IMG/VR virus record: IMGVR_UViG_3300008267_000012
Strand: one strand, 5' to 3'
Length of the DNA: 64,000 bases
From: a virus
Lineage: Duplodnaviria > Caudoviricetes
Under the pieces are notes generated by a model that was given only the letters and a program-made list of their open reading frames with translations, searched no databases and was not told where the DNA came from. Of the stretch, positions 28,237-39,000 are shown piece after piece; position 1 is the first letter of the stretch; each line of letters begins with the position of its first letter. The translations under genes were made by a program, and so were the position numbers.

Positions 28237-29099
28237 ATGATTACACAAGAAAGATTAGAATTCAAACCATTTGAGTATCAATGGGCTTACGAAGCATGGT
28301 TTAAACAACAGAATGCACAACACAAACAGAAACTGTTGTTAATGATTATTGGTCAACCTATGTAACCAAATGGTTTCCTGTACCTGAAGTTAAAATGATG
28401 GCAAGTACATTTGGTGCGTTTGAAACAATCCATGCTGTTGCTTATTCATATCTTAATGATACATTAGGTTTAACAGATTTTAAATCATTTATGGAAGATG
28501 AGGCTACTATGGCTAAACTAGAAGCATTGATGGAAATTGACCCTAATGATACTAATCTTTCTAATATTGCTAGAAGTCTTGCATTATTCTCTGCTTGTGC
28601 AGAAGGTATGCAATTATATTCTTCATTTGCAGTTCTTCTTTCATTTAGAAAAAAGAATATGATGACAGGTATTGGTCAACAAATGATTTTCTCAATTCGT
28701 GATGAATCTTTACATTCTGAATCAGGTTGTAAATTATTTAGAACACTTGTTGAAGAAAATCCTTATATTTGGACTGATGAATTAAAAGATACAATCTATC
28801 AAGGTGTAGATTTAGCTTTAATGAATGAGTTCAACTATATTGATAAAATATTTGAACTTGGTGATTTGGAAACAATCACAAAAGCTACCCTTAAAAACTT
28901 TATGTATGATAGGGCAAACAGAAAATTAAAAGAATTGATGTTAACACCTGTCTATACTGTTAATGATGATTTGCTTATGGATATGGAATGGTTTTATATT
29001 GCAACATCAGGTGAGCAACAGACTGATTTCTTTGCTAATAGAGAAACTTCATACTCTAAACCAAATGAGGATTGGAACTTTGTAGATGATTTATTTTAA
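28237..29099 (+). pseudogene. nrdB: Ribonucleotide reductase class Ia beta subunit, disrupted as assembled
   Basis: The N-terminus MITQERLEFKPFEYQWAYEAWFKQQNA starts at 28237 but stops at 28365. The body QTETVVNDYW...ETIH...EGMQLYSSF...DESLH is in another frame from about 28323. The conserved segment between KQQNA and QTE is missing. Confidence 0.8.
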
Positions 29100-29106
29100 A
29101 TAAAAA

Positions 29107-30843
29107 ATGAAAATAGAAACGCACGACATAGCAAGAAACATGGGATGGAAAGTAGGTACTGACTTTCCTGAATGGGGCAACAATGGTCTTTATTTAACCA
29201 CAATTAAAGGTGGATATCTTCTTGATGGTGAAACACCAAAAGATGGATATGTAAGAGTATCATCAAGAGCAGCAGAGTTGTTAAATAAACCTGAACTACA
29301 AGAAAGATTCTTTGATATTCTTTGGAAAGGATGGTTAATTCCTTCAACACCTGTAATGGCTAATTTAGGTACAGATAATGCATTACCAATTAGTTGTTTT
29401 TCTTCTCATGTCGGTGATTCTATGTATGAAATCTACCGTAAAAATCTTGAAATGGCAATGCTATCAAAATATGGTGGAGGTACTGCTTATGATTTTTCCG
29501 CTATTAGAGCAATCGGTGCTAAAATCAAAGATGGTAGAGGTGGAAGTTCAGATGGCATTATACCATTCATTAAATCATTTGATTCAACTATTTTAGCATC
29601 TAAGCAAGGAAAGACAAGAAGAGGTGCTGTAGCGATTTATTTGAATGCAGAACATGGTGAATTCAAAGAATTTCTTGAAGTAAGAGAACCAAAAGGTGAT
29701 GTGAATCGCCAATCACATAACATTCATCAAGGAGCAATCTTTACGGATGAATTTATGAATAAAGTAGTTGAAAAAAATGGTAAAGAAAGAGAAATTTGGC
29801 TTGAAACTTTGAAGAAAAGAGTAAAGACAGGTGAACCTTATACTATGTTCATTGATAATGCTAATAATACTGTACCTGAATGGTGGAAACAAAATGATTT
29901 AAAAATTAGACATTCAAATCTTTGTTCCGAAATCTTTTTACCTACTGATGAAAATCATACTTTAGTATGTTGCCTTTCTTCTTTAAATCTTGTAAAGTTT
30001 GATGAATGGAAAGATACTGATACCGTATATCTTTCTATAATGTTTTTAGATGCTGTTATGGAGGACTTTCTTCAAAAGGGTAACTCAGATGAGTATAAAG
30101 GAATTGAAGATGCTGTGCGCTTCGCTACAAAGTCAAGAGCATTAGGATTAGGTGCTTTAGGATGGCATAGTTTCCTTCAAAGTAAAATGATTCCATTTGT
30201 TTCTATTGAAGCGAATGCTTGGACAAATATTATCTTTAAACGCATTAAAGATGAATCGGAAAGAGCAACAATGGATTTAGCTAAAGAATATGGTGAACCT
30301 GAATGGTGTCAAGGAACAGGAAGAAGAAACTTAACCCTTCTTGCTATTGCACCTAATAGGTCTTCATCAAAACTTGCAGGTGGATATTCACAAGGTGTAG
30401 AACCACTTGCAGCAAATCTTTATATGGATGATGATGCAAAAGGATTGCACATTAGAAAAAATCCATTCTTAGAACAATTACTTGAATCAAAAGGTAAAAA
30501 TTTACCACAAGTTTGGGATGCAATTTCTGAAGATAGAGGTTCAGTTGTTAATGTTAGATGTATGAGTGCTGAAGAAAAGTCAGTATTCAAAACATTTAAA
30601 GAAATCAATCAACTTGAACTTGTTAGACAAGCAGGAATTAGACAAAAATATATTGACCAAGGACAGTCATTGAATCTTGCATTCTTTAGTGATGCACCTG
30701 CTAAATTTATTAATCAAGTCCATATTGAGGCATGGAAACTTGGATTGAAATCACTTTATTACTTGAGGTCTGAATCGGTATTAAGAGCAGATACAAAACA
30801 ACAAAGAGATTTATATTCAGAATGTTTAATGTGCGAAGGATAA
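29107..30843 (+). CDS. nrdA: Ribonucleotide reductase class Ia alpha subunit (no ATP cone)
   Basis: PSTPV..N.G, PISCF, KYGGG, RRGA, SNLCSE (NxCxE), LAIAP, YYLR and C-terminal CLMCEG. Confidence 0.95.
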   Translation: MKIETHDIARNMGWKVGTDFPEWGNNGLYLTTIKGGYLLDGETPKDGYVRVSSRAAELLNKPELQERFFDILWKGWLIPSTPVMANLGTDNALPISCFSSHVGDSMYEIYRKNLEMAMLSKYGGGTAYDFSAIRAIGAKIKDGRGGSSDGIIPFIKSFDSTILASKQGKTRRGAVAIYLNAEHGEFKEFLEVREPKGDVNRQSHNIHQGAIFTDEFMNKVVEKNGKEREIWLETLKKRVKTGEPYTMFIDNANNTVPEWWKQNDLKIRHSNLCSEIFLPTDENHTLVCCLSSLNLVKFDEWKDTDTVYLSIMFLDAVMEDFLQKGNSDEYKGIEDAVRFATKSRALGLGALGWHSFLQSKMIPFVSIEANAWTNIIFKRIKDESERATMDLAKEYGEPEWCQGTGRRNLTLLAIAPNRSSSKLAGGYSQGVEPLAANLYMDDDAKGLHIRKNPFLEQLLESKGKNLPQVWDAISEDRGSVVNVRCMSAEEKSVFKTFKEINQLELVRQAGIRQKYIDQGQSLNLAFFSDAPAKFINQVHIEAWKLGLKSLYYLRSESVLRADTKQQRDLYSECLMCEG

Positions 30844-31235
30844 TAAAATTAATCCCCATAATTTGGGGATTTTTTATTTTAGATAGTTATGGTCAAAAGA
30901 TAGGGAAACCTAGTGTTTCACTTAATAATTATATCAACGTAGAGATACATAACCTAAGAATGGTTGATGTACTTGAAAAGATTCAAATAGAAGACTTAAA
31001 TAAAGAAAAAATATATAATATATTGTGTCACGAAAATGACTATTATATGGGTGAGAACGATGAAGGTATTATCTTTGAAAAGAAAACAATACAACTAAAA
31101 CAATTAAAAGAAAAAGGAGGGAAATTCAAGTTTAATGTAAAAGTAATTAGCAGAACAAGCAGAGAACTTTATATTAAACAATTCAATCCCTCCGTAGAAA
31201 GATTAGAAAAAGTAATTAAAATTAAATTTATTTAA
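30822..31235 (+). CDS. Hypothetical protein (start uncertain)
   Basis: 137-aa ORF whose 5' part overlaps the nrdA terminator; the true start may be at 30960 (MVDVLEK). Confidence 0.4.
   Translation: MFNVRRIIKLIPIIWGFFILDSYGQKIGKPSVSLNNYINVEIHNLRMVDVLEKIQIEDLNKEKIYNILCHENDYYMGENDEGIIFEKKTIQLKQLKEKGGKFKFNVKVISRTSRELYIKQFNPSVERLEKVIKIKFI
30851..30876 (+). terminator. Rho-independent terminator after nrdA
   Basis: aatcccca-taatt-tggggatt followed by a T run. Confidence 0.75.
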
Positions 31236-31608
31236 TTATAATCCTCATTACTTTTGATTCTTTCTCTTCTTTCAATTTGCATTCAATAGTAAGAATACAT
31301 TTCTCAAATTTTACATTAATATTATCAACATCATAATATTTTGATGGTAGATAATATTTTTTAGTATACTGACTATTTAACATACTTGATTTACCTTCAA
31401 CTGTCAAATAGTCATTCTCATATGATACAGAAACTTCTTCTTTATCATATCCTGCAAATTGTAATTGTTTTTTAAAGTCTTTATACATATATAGACTTTC
31501 GTTATTGATGAATTTTTTATCATCAAGCCATTTTTCAACTAATGAAAATGAATCACTAGTATTCCACCAATTATCTTTTAAGTGTTTTTCAAAATTATAT
31601 TTTATCAT
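31228..31608 (-). CDS. Small heat-shock protein (Hsp20/alpha-crystallin)
   Basis: AGYDKEEVSVSYENDYLTVEG...Y.LP...DVDNI..KFEKCILTI. The start is likely MIKYN at 31608. Confidence 0.8.
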   Translation of the reverse strand: MIKYNFEKHLKDNWWNTSDSFSLVEKWLDDKKFINNESLYMYKDFKKQLQFAGYDKEEVSVSYENDYLTVEGKSSMLNSQYTKKYYLPSKYYDVDNINVKFEKCILTIECKLKEEKESKVMRIIIK

Positions 31609-31650
31609 AGTATTAATTGTTTTAATTATAAATATACAACTTTTATACCA

Positions 31651-31683
31651 AAAAAAATCCCATCGGATACCAATGGGATTTTT
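31651..31683 (-). terminator. Terminator downstream of the tail tube gene
   Basis: aaaaaaatcccat-loop-atgggattttt: a hairpin flanked by A and T runs. Confidence 0.8.
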
Positions 31684-31706
31684 CACATTTTAAGTTATTA
31701 CTATTA

Positions 31707-32207
31707 TTAGTAATTATTTTCTGCGTAATCGTAACTCATTGTTACGGCAATTTTTTGAACATCATCACTAGTATATTCATTTTTACCAAAATCAATATTA
31801 CTAATGAATGCACCAAAAAGTGTAAACTGTTGAACACCTACAAGAGTTGGGTCAAGAGCAACAAGTCTAATTTCTTTCTTGTAACCTGAAGCATAACCCA
31901 TTCTACCTGTTATATTTTCAGCACACAGTCTATACCATTCCATCAACAATTGAGCTGAAGATGGTCCTTGCAAGTCAATGAATTCCATCTGAAGGTCATC
32001 AAATGTTACATGACCTGCAACTTTTTGTTCATAGTTTAAGTATTTAATTGGTACTGAGTTAACTTTCATTTTAGGTCTATCAACAGCGTTGACAATCCAA
32101 GTATAATTACTTAAACCTAATGTATTATCAACGAAGAACAACTCAAATCTATTAGGTCTTAGTGGTTCATAATAATTGGGTACATTTCTAAATCCTGATT
32201 GTGGCAT
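31707..32207 (-). CDS. gp19: Tail tube protein, gp19-like
   Basis: YEPLRPNRF, VDRPK, G..L.GAFI..IDFG...Y motifs; 166 aa; directly after the sheath gene. Confidence 0.9.
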   Translation of the reverse strand: MPQSGFRNVPNYYEPLRPNRFELFFVDNTLGLSNYTWIVNAVDRPKMKVNSVPIKYLNYEQKVAGHVTFDDLQMEFIDLQGPSSAQLLMEWYRLCAENITGRMGYASGYKKEIRLVALDPTLVGVQQFTLFGAFISNIDFGKNEYTSDDVQKIAVTMSYDYAENNY

Positions 32208-32245
32208 ATGTTTATCTTTTATTTAATTAGTCTTTTTTTAATTGT

Positions 32246-35011
32246 TTAAGCATTAAAATCAATTGCATTTGTTGATTTATTTACTACAAATGTTAAGCCA
32301 ATAAACTCAACTGCACCTATTGGTAAGAGTTCAATTACAAAGTAGATTTCATTTCTATCCCTACTTTCAGCAGTATTTAAACTATTATCTAATCTAACTC
32401 TGAATGTTTGTAAACCTCTATTATCTTGAATAACTTTAAGTTTAGCATTAGTTTGTGCAATAAAGCTAGTAGCCAATACATCATCATTAGGTTCAAACAA
32501 ATATGTTCTAGCTTGAGAAGAAATGATTTGTTTTGCATAAAGAAGAAGTCTTCTTACATCAATTCTATCAAGTTTAGAATCGGCAATTTGTAAAGTCTTT
32601 TGACCATATACGAATACTCCAGGAGTGTTGTTAGAGAATTTAACAATTGGATTTAATCTTGCAAGATATAAAACATCTCTATCAGTTTCTTTAAATGTTT
32701 TTCTTACATCTCTAGCATTTGGAAGACCACCTCTATTCAAACCTGCTGTTGCAAACCAAATAAATGATGTTCTATCAGCAAGAGCCATTGCTCTTAAAAT
32801 TTCACCTGTTGGTGGAATGTAAATGTTTGTATTTGAATCAGGGTCTTTTCTTCTAATGTATGGTACATAAGTAGCAGCATAAGAAGAATCAATTCCTGTT
32901 GACTCTAAACTATTAGCATAATCACCTGCTACAACTGTTGGTGTAAAATTAATATTTGCATCGGGAGCATCAATAATATAAAGAGCATCTTGACGAATTT
33001 CTTCAATAATTTGAATGGTATCTTCAACAAGACTTAAATTATCTTGCCAATTTATACCAGGAGTTGAAAATAAATTAATTGCTGTTCTTTCGGTATCCTC
33101 ATAAATTTGATATGCTTCAAGATATGCATTATAATCTGATTCATCAAACTCATAAGCACCACCAGGAGCAAAATCAACACCTATTGACCTACCAACTGTA
33201 CTAGTTGCTTCATAATAAATATCCCAACCATCAAAACCACCGTAAGGAACTACAACGAATTTTCTTCTAGTAATATCATTATAATATGTACCTGTTCCAA
33301 CACTAGCAGAATTTGTTATTGAACCTGCACCTACCTCAAATTCACCAATCACTAAACCTTCAGAAACATAATTTCCTGTTGCATCTTGGTCTAAATGGAA
33401 ACCTTTTGATTTAACTGCTGCTTCTCCACCAAATGTGATTGCACCACCATAATATTTAAATAAATCATCATTAATTGATAATCCTTTTGTTGCTGGTGTA
33501 TCAAACGCTTTTTCAGAAATACCTAAGTATGTTTTTAGTGGTTTATCTGTTCCAGAATAACTAGTTTTATAAACCATTAATGGTGTTACTGCTGTATAAG
33601 CATTAGCCATTGTACTATTATCAAATAATGGTAACTCATAACCTTCAAATCCACAAGGAATTGAACTACTAGGTGCTGTTACATTAACATTTACATAAAT
33701 ATACATTGATTTAGCATCCTCTAAGAATGTATCTGTATTATCACTATAAACACCACCAATTCTTCTCATAACAAAGTTATTACTATTTGGATTCATATTA
33801 CATCTTCCAAATCTTTCAAGAGTTGAAGGGTTAGAATCGGTATCATTATAATCTCTTACAACAACATCAAATTCTTTAGTTGTTGGATTAATATTTTCAA
33901 TTGCAATTTTTACTTCTTTATTTGCTGAATCACCATCCGAATAAGAGATAACTTTAAATAATCTAGATATTTTATTACCATTTATTTCAGAAACAATCCA
34001 AGGTGTTTCAGGATTTGTATATGTATTGTCATATGTATCAAAACCACTATTTTGATTAATATGAATAATATCTTTAACATGGTAAATTAAATTATCTCCA
34101 TCTAATTTTCTAATCAAATCAGGATATGCAGCCTCACAATATAGTGATGCTTTAGTATCAGTAACTTTTCTACCCATTGCTTTAGTAATAAAGCTTGAGG
34201 AAGTCACATCTAAGTTAAAGTTTAATACTTCTAAACCACCAACATCAGTACCTGCACTTAAAGTAAAATTACCCAAAGGGTTACCAATTGTATTTGAAAA
34301 ATCTCCTGTTATACCTGTAATTCTAAAATCACCACCACCTGTAGTAAGTGAACCACCATTTTGTCCTGGTCTACTTCTCAATAAAGCAACAACCATGTTT
34401 TCATATTTAGGGTCAGTATCTGCTGTATATGTAAATGCAGTATATAATGTAAATCCTGTGGTTGCTGAAGCAGTATAAACAGTTACATCTAAATAAAGTA
34501 ATGTTCCTAAAAACATATTACCTGTTTTTGTAAGTGTAAAAGCTGTTGAATTATCAAAAGGACCTGTAGCATCAACAGCAATACTAATACCTGATAATGT
34601 AAATGTGCTACTACTAAAAAATGTAGAAGCAGTTTCAATATATGTACTAGAAAGTCCACTTGATATAGGACCACTACCAACAGTAATTGCCCAAGCAGGA
34701 CCTGCATCATAACCTGATTTTCCAAGGATTCTAGTATAATAAAGTTGATTACCTTCTTCTAAAAATGCATTTGCATATGTTGGTCCTAAATATTTAAGTT
34801 TTGAACTTCCTGGATATTTTTCAGTAGAAGTACCACCAAAATATTTTCTAAATGCAGATTTATCTGTAATTAAAATTGGTGAAAAGGCAGGACCTTTTAA
34901 TGCCTCACCAGCCATACCAACTGAGGTGATGCCTAATGATGGGGTTGAAGCGAAACTTCTGTCAACTTCTTGGAATTTAACGCTAGGTGATTTAAAATTA
35001 AAATTTGCCAT
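32246..35011 (-). CDS. gp18: Tail sheath protein, gp18-like
   Basis: N-terminal FKSPSVKFQEVD and GPAF.P; C-terminal WFA.AGLNRG, RD.LY..R.NP, GQKTLQ..S.LDRI.VRRLL, LFEPND. Confidence 0.95.
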   Translation of the reverse strand: MANFNFKSPSVKFQEVDRSFASTPSLGITSVGMAGEALKGPAFSPILITDKSAFRKYFGGTSTEKYPGSSKLKYLGPTYANAFLEEGNQLYYTRILGKSGYDAGPAWAITVGSGPISSGLSSTYIETASTFFSSSTFTLSGISIAVDATGPFDNSTAFTLTKTGNMFLGTLLYLDVTVYTASATTGFTLYTAFTYTADTDPKYENMVVALLRSRPGQNGGSLTTGGGDFRITGITGDFSNTIGNPLGNFTLSAGTDVGGLEVLNFNLDVTSSSFITKAMGRKVTDTKASLYCEAAYPDLIRKLDGDNLIYHVKDIIHINQNSGFDTYDNTYTNPETPWIVSEINGNKISRLFKVISYSDGDSANKEVKIAIENINPTTKEFDVVVRDYNDTDSNPSTLERFGRCNMNPNSNNFVMRRIGGVYSDNTDTFLEDAKSMYIYVNVNVTAPSSSIPCGFEGYELPLFDNSTMANAYTAVTPLMVYKTSYSGTDKPLKTYLGISEKAFDTPATKGLSINDDLFKYYGGAITFGGEAAVKSKGFHLDQDATGNYVSEGLVIGEFEVGAGSITNSASVGTGTYYNDITRRKFVVVPYGGFDGWDIYYEATSTVGRSIGVDFAPGGAYEFDESDYNAYLEAYQIYEDTERTAINLFSTPGINWQDNLSLVEDTIQIIEEIRQDALYIIDAPDANINFTPTVVAGDYANSLESTGIDSSYAATYVPYIRRKDPDSNTNIYIPPTGEILRAMALADRTSFIWFATAGLNRGGLPNARDVRKTFKETDRDVLYLARLNPIVKFSNNTPGVFVYGQKTLQIADSKLDRIDVRRLLLYAKQIISSQARTYLFEPNDDVLATSFIAQTNAKLKVIQDNRGLQTFRVRLDNSLNTAESRDRNEIYFVIELLPIGAVEFIGLTFVVNKSTNAIDFNA

Positions 35012-35026
35012 TTTATAATAGTTTAT

Positions 35027-35035
35027 TATAAATAG
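35027..35035 (-). promoter_or_regulatory. Candidate late promoter CTATTTATA (sheath)
   Basis: Motif 15 nt upstream of the sheath ATG. Confidence 0.65.
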
Positions 35036-35051
35036 TTTTTAATTTCAAACT

Positions 35052-36005
35052 TTAGTTAATTTTAATGTTTTTAGCTAATAAATTTTGAATATCTCTTAAT
35101 TGTGCTTCAAGTGCAACTACACTTTCTACTTTAACAGGTGTAGCACCTGGATGTTGATGAATATGGTTAAGAAATGCATTTGTTAATATTTGAAGATACT
35201 TAACGGTTAATTCACCATATAACATTGATTGAGAATTTTCTCTTAAATCTTTAATATCTTCATTTGTTAATATTTTTTTGAATCTATATCTACCTTTATG
35301 AGATATTAAAAATATTTCATTACTTGCTGTTAACCCATAAGATGTATTTTCATCAATCAATTCTAAAATAGAATATGATGGATTTAAAAAATTTTGTTGT
35401 GTGGGTATATTTTTTTTATGTTTACCTGCTCTTATAATTACTTTATCTTTGGATTGAATAATATCTGTATTATTTCTACCAACAATAGTTACATTATCTA
35501 AATCACTTTCAGGTTTTGTTGCAAGTGATGAATCTACAGGAAATATATCTTTTTCACTTTCTTTTTTTGGTTGAGATTTTTTTTGTAATGGGTCATATGT
35601 TAAATTTTTTGTTATTGGAACATCAAAATCAACTGTTGAACCACCTGGTATATCATGATTATCATTTTTTACATATTCATAATTTGAAATTATTGGACCA
35701 ATCCAAAACCTATTTGCATAAAAACTATTTGCATATTTTTTATCACTATCAGCCAATACAACCAATACCGCTTCACCAACTTTTGGCATAATATGTACTA
35801 TTCTTGACATTAAAGGATAGGCAAATGGAATATCAGGGTCATCCGTACTTGGACTATCAATACCATCTATAAAAACTTTAATTCTACCAACATTTAAAGT
35901 GTCATCAACATTAATGACTTTAGCCATATAAATATTTTTATTAAACCCAATAGGCACATTAGTGCCTCTTGATTCACTTTGATGGTCTTTTAAAAAATTT
36001 ATCAT
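35052..36005 (-). CDS. Baseplate central spike, gp5/gpV/VgrG OB-fold type
   Basis: AKVINVDD.L.VGRIKV, AYPL...PKVGEAVLV OB-fold and a C-terminal HIHQHPG (HxH apex motif). No lysozyme domain. Confidence 0.75.
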   Translation of the reverse strand: MINFLKDHQSESRGTNVPIGFNKNIYMAKVINVDDTLNVGRIKVFIDGIDSPSTDDPDIPFAYPLMSRIVHIMPKVGEAVLVVLADSDKKYANSFYANRFWIGPIISNYEYVKNDNHDIPGGSTVDFDVPITKNLTYDPLQKKSQPKKESEKDIFPVDSSLATKPESDLDNVTIVGRNNTDIIQSKDKVIIRAGKHKKNIPTQQNFLNPSYSILELIDENTSYGLTASNEIFLISHKGRYRFKKILTNEDIKDLRENSQSMLYGELTVKYLQILTNAFLNHIHQHPGATPVKVESVVALEAQLRDIQNLLAKNIKIN

Positions 36006-39000
36006 ACAGGTAATCTAACTTTAATTGTATCACTATAGGTTGTTGATGTAAACCCTATATTATTTATTGTTGTAAAATATTTTTCAGATTTTATTCTGTA
36101 AAAATAAGTTCCTCCAGGTGTTAATGGTGTAAGTGACCATGTTAAATCTTGACTAAAATCATAAGTATTATATAAATAACTAGTATTAATTGAATATAAA
36201 CTATTGCCTGTCAATCCTGTATTTGGTAAATCATAAAATTGATGCGTAAAATTACCTGTTACATTTGATGGTATTAATGAATTAATTCTCCAAAACATTG
36301 CATATGACGAACCACCTGTTAGATTTATAACATCAGTACCTAGACTAGGTGTAAAATAAACAACTGAAATTACATCACCATCTAAAAGAACAACATCACT
36401 ATCTAAAACTATATTTTGAGAATTAAAAACTGAAATTGTATAATCAGGGCCATTTGTCAACATAACACCATTTATATATACAACAACATCAGAATTATTT
36501 ATTGCTCTACCATAATTTAAATTAACCGTGTAATTCAAACCATTAGATGTAATATTTGGTGAACCACTATATTGAAAATTTTCTTTTATTAATTTTTGAT
36601 TATTTGCTGTATTTTTATAATATGCAACTGTAAGTACGTCACCATAGTCTGATGTCAATGGTTCACTTAATACAAAACTTCTTACTCGTATTGAAGGTAT
36701 ATTTATTGAAGTATCAGCACTATACTCAAGTCCTTCTAATAAAGTTACACCATTAGCTGCAACAACAATATCACCAACAGGTTCATTTATTAAATTAAAT
36801 TTAGTAAATCCTGTATCATTAACAGGAATTGTTTCAACTACTAAACCATCAGTTTCAATAGAAACAGGGAATGTAAATAAAGGTTTTTCCGCATCACAAG
36901 TGGAAACAAAATAATAATCACTTAATGTATTATAATTTCTGAATAATGGTGTATATTCTGTATTTGATAAAAGTGTTGAAACGCTTGAACCTGTAGATAA
37001 ACTAAATTTAGTAGGGTCAAAAAATCTTTCAGTTTGTGGATTATTATAAAGAATAGAGTAATCATTATAAACAAAATTTTCATACATTGTATATGGTGTT
37101 TTTGCAGTAAATATTAACCCTTCTTGAGGGCAAACATCATATTTAAAGTATGGTTTTATTATATATTCAGTATCACATGTTAATAAAGAATCTGATATTA
37201 GTGTTGTTATTTCTGTTGTTGACGTAAACGAAGAAGATAAAGCACTAAATGTATATACAGGTGTGTCAGAAAAACCATCAAAACTTGGTGTATAATCATA
37301 ATTATGTAAATTAAAATAAAATACTGTTGATGATGCTGATAAAGTTTCTGTTCCTGATGTAAAATTAAAAGAGACAGTATGACCTGTTCCTATTTCTTTA
37401 TTATATAAGGAATTATTTGTTAAACTTGATAATTCTATTTTGGTTGCACCTGTTATATTAAATGAAGGGTTTTCATTATCACATACAAGACCATCCCAAG
37501 TAGGTTCAATATTTTTAGCCCTATAAACATATGCAAATGGGTCGGTATCAATATTACCTGAATTACTACTTTTAACTTCTGTAGTAATTGTTGCAACACT
37601 TAAACTATCTTCATATGTATCAAATAATTCTGTTTGAATTATAATAACATTTTGTTGTTTTAGTTGTTCACTATCTTTAACACTACCTTCAAACTCAGAA
37701 CCATCATCAATACCTTGTTTATAAACATATTTTTGAGGTGTGAATTCAGTATTTCTAATTTTAATTAAACCATCGTAAATTGTAGTTGCAGGTATAAACT
37801 GTTCCACAAAAACAGTAAATATAGCATCAATATTACTTACAAAATCATATAATGGTCTATATGTTTTTTTATTAGTTGATAGTGGACTTTCTAAATAATC
37901 ATAATAGAGTTTTGTTAACGATGGATAATATGAACCAATTGCAGAATCACTAACTTTTCTATTTTGTGCATTAATAAATGAAGAATAAACTCTATCTATA
38001 TATTCAGCAAATGTTAGACCTGATACTAAAAAATTATTTGATTCTCTTTGAGGGTATGGTATTGTACTTCCTGTATCAATTACAGGATAATTAAATTGAA
38101 CATTAAATTGATATACATCATATTCAATTGCTCTAGCTATATCAATACCAATATCAATTTCTTTTGTATTTATAATTAATCTAGAATCATTAGACTTATA
38201 TCTCGTATTTCTATTAACAGATGAATATGTTGTTGCTGTTTCAACATAAACCCAAGATTTTTTATTATCAATAGTTTTAGTAACAGCAAAACCTTCTTTT
38301 CTAAAAATATCAATATATTTTTGACCAAAATCTTCATTTCCATCAACTTGGAAAAACTCTAAATCATATGGAGATGGTGCAGCAGGATATCCATTTTCAT
38401 CATATGGTGGTCTAGCAATTAATCCTGTTGAATTATCGGATTCCGTAATTGAAAATGTTTTACCAATAGGTGCATCAACAACATAAACATGTTCAGTAAG
38501 GTCAACTAAAGATTCAGGTGCGCCAATAAAAGCAAATATAGTTTCAATAGCGGTTCTTGTTCCTTTTGATTTTAAGAAAAATGCTGTGTTATTAACAATT
38601 CTTCTCCATAACTCAATATCAATTTCAGCAAGTGATGCTGATACATCTGTATCATTGGTTTTATCTGTTTTAAAAATACTTTTTACTAAATCTTTATCAT
38701 TAATAATATTTTGTGCTTTCCAAGATAATGTTCTTGCTAAATTCTTAATTAATGTATCAGGTATATTATTAATCTTATCATATGATACTGTATTAATGTG
38801 CATTAAGGAATCAAAAAACATTTTGATTTCATCAATTTTATTACCATAAATTTTTAATATGGATTCCGTTTTAAAAGAATCAGTACCATCAAAATCAATT
38901 AAAGAATTTGGTGTAAATTTTCTAATGATAAGATTTGATTTATAATCATCATATAAATTAGCAATTTCAAATACTTTATCTAAAAAAGTAATATATCTTA

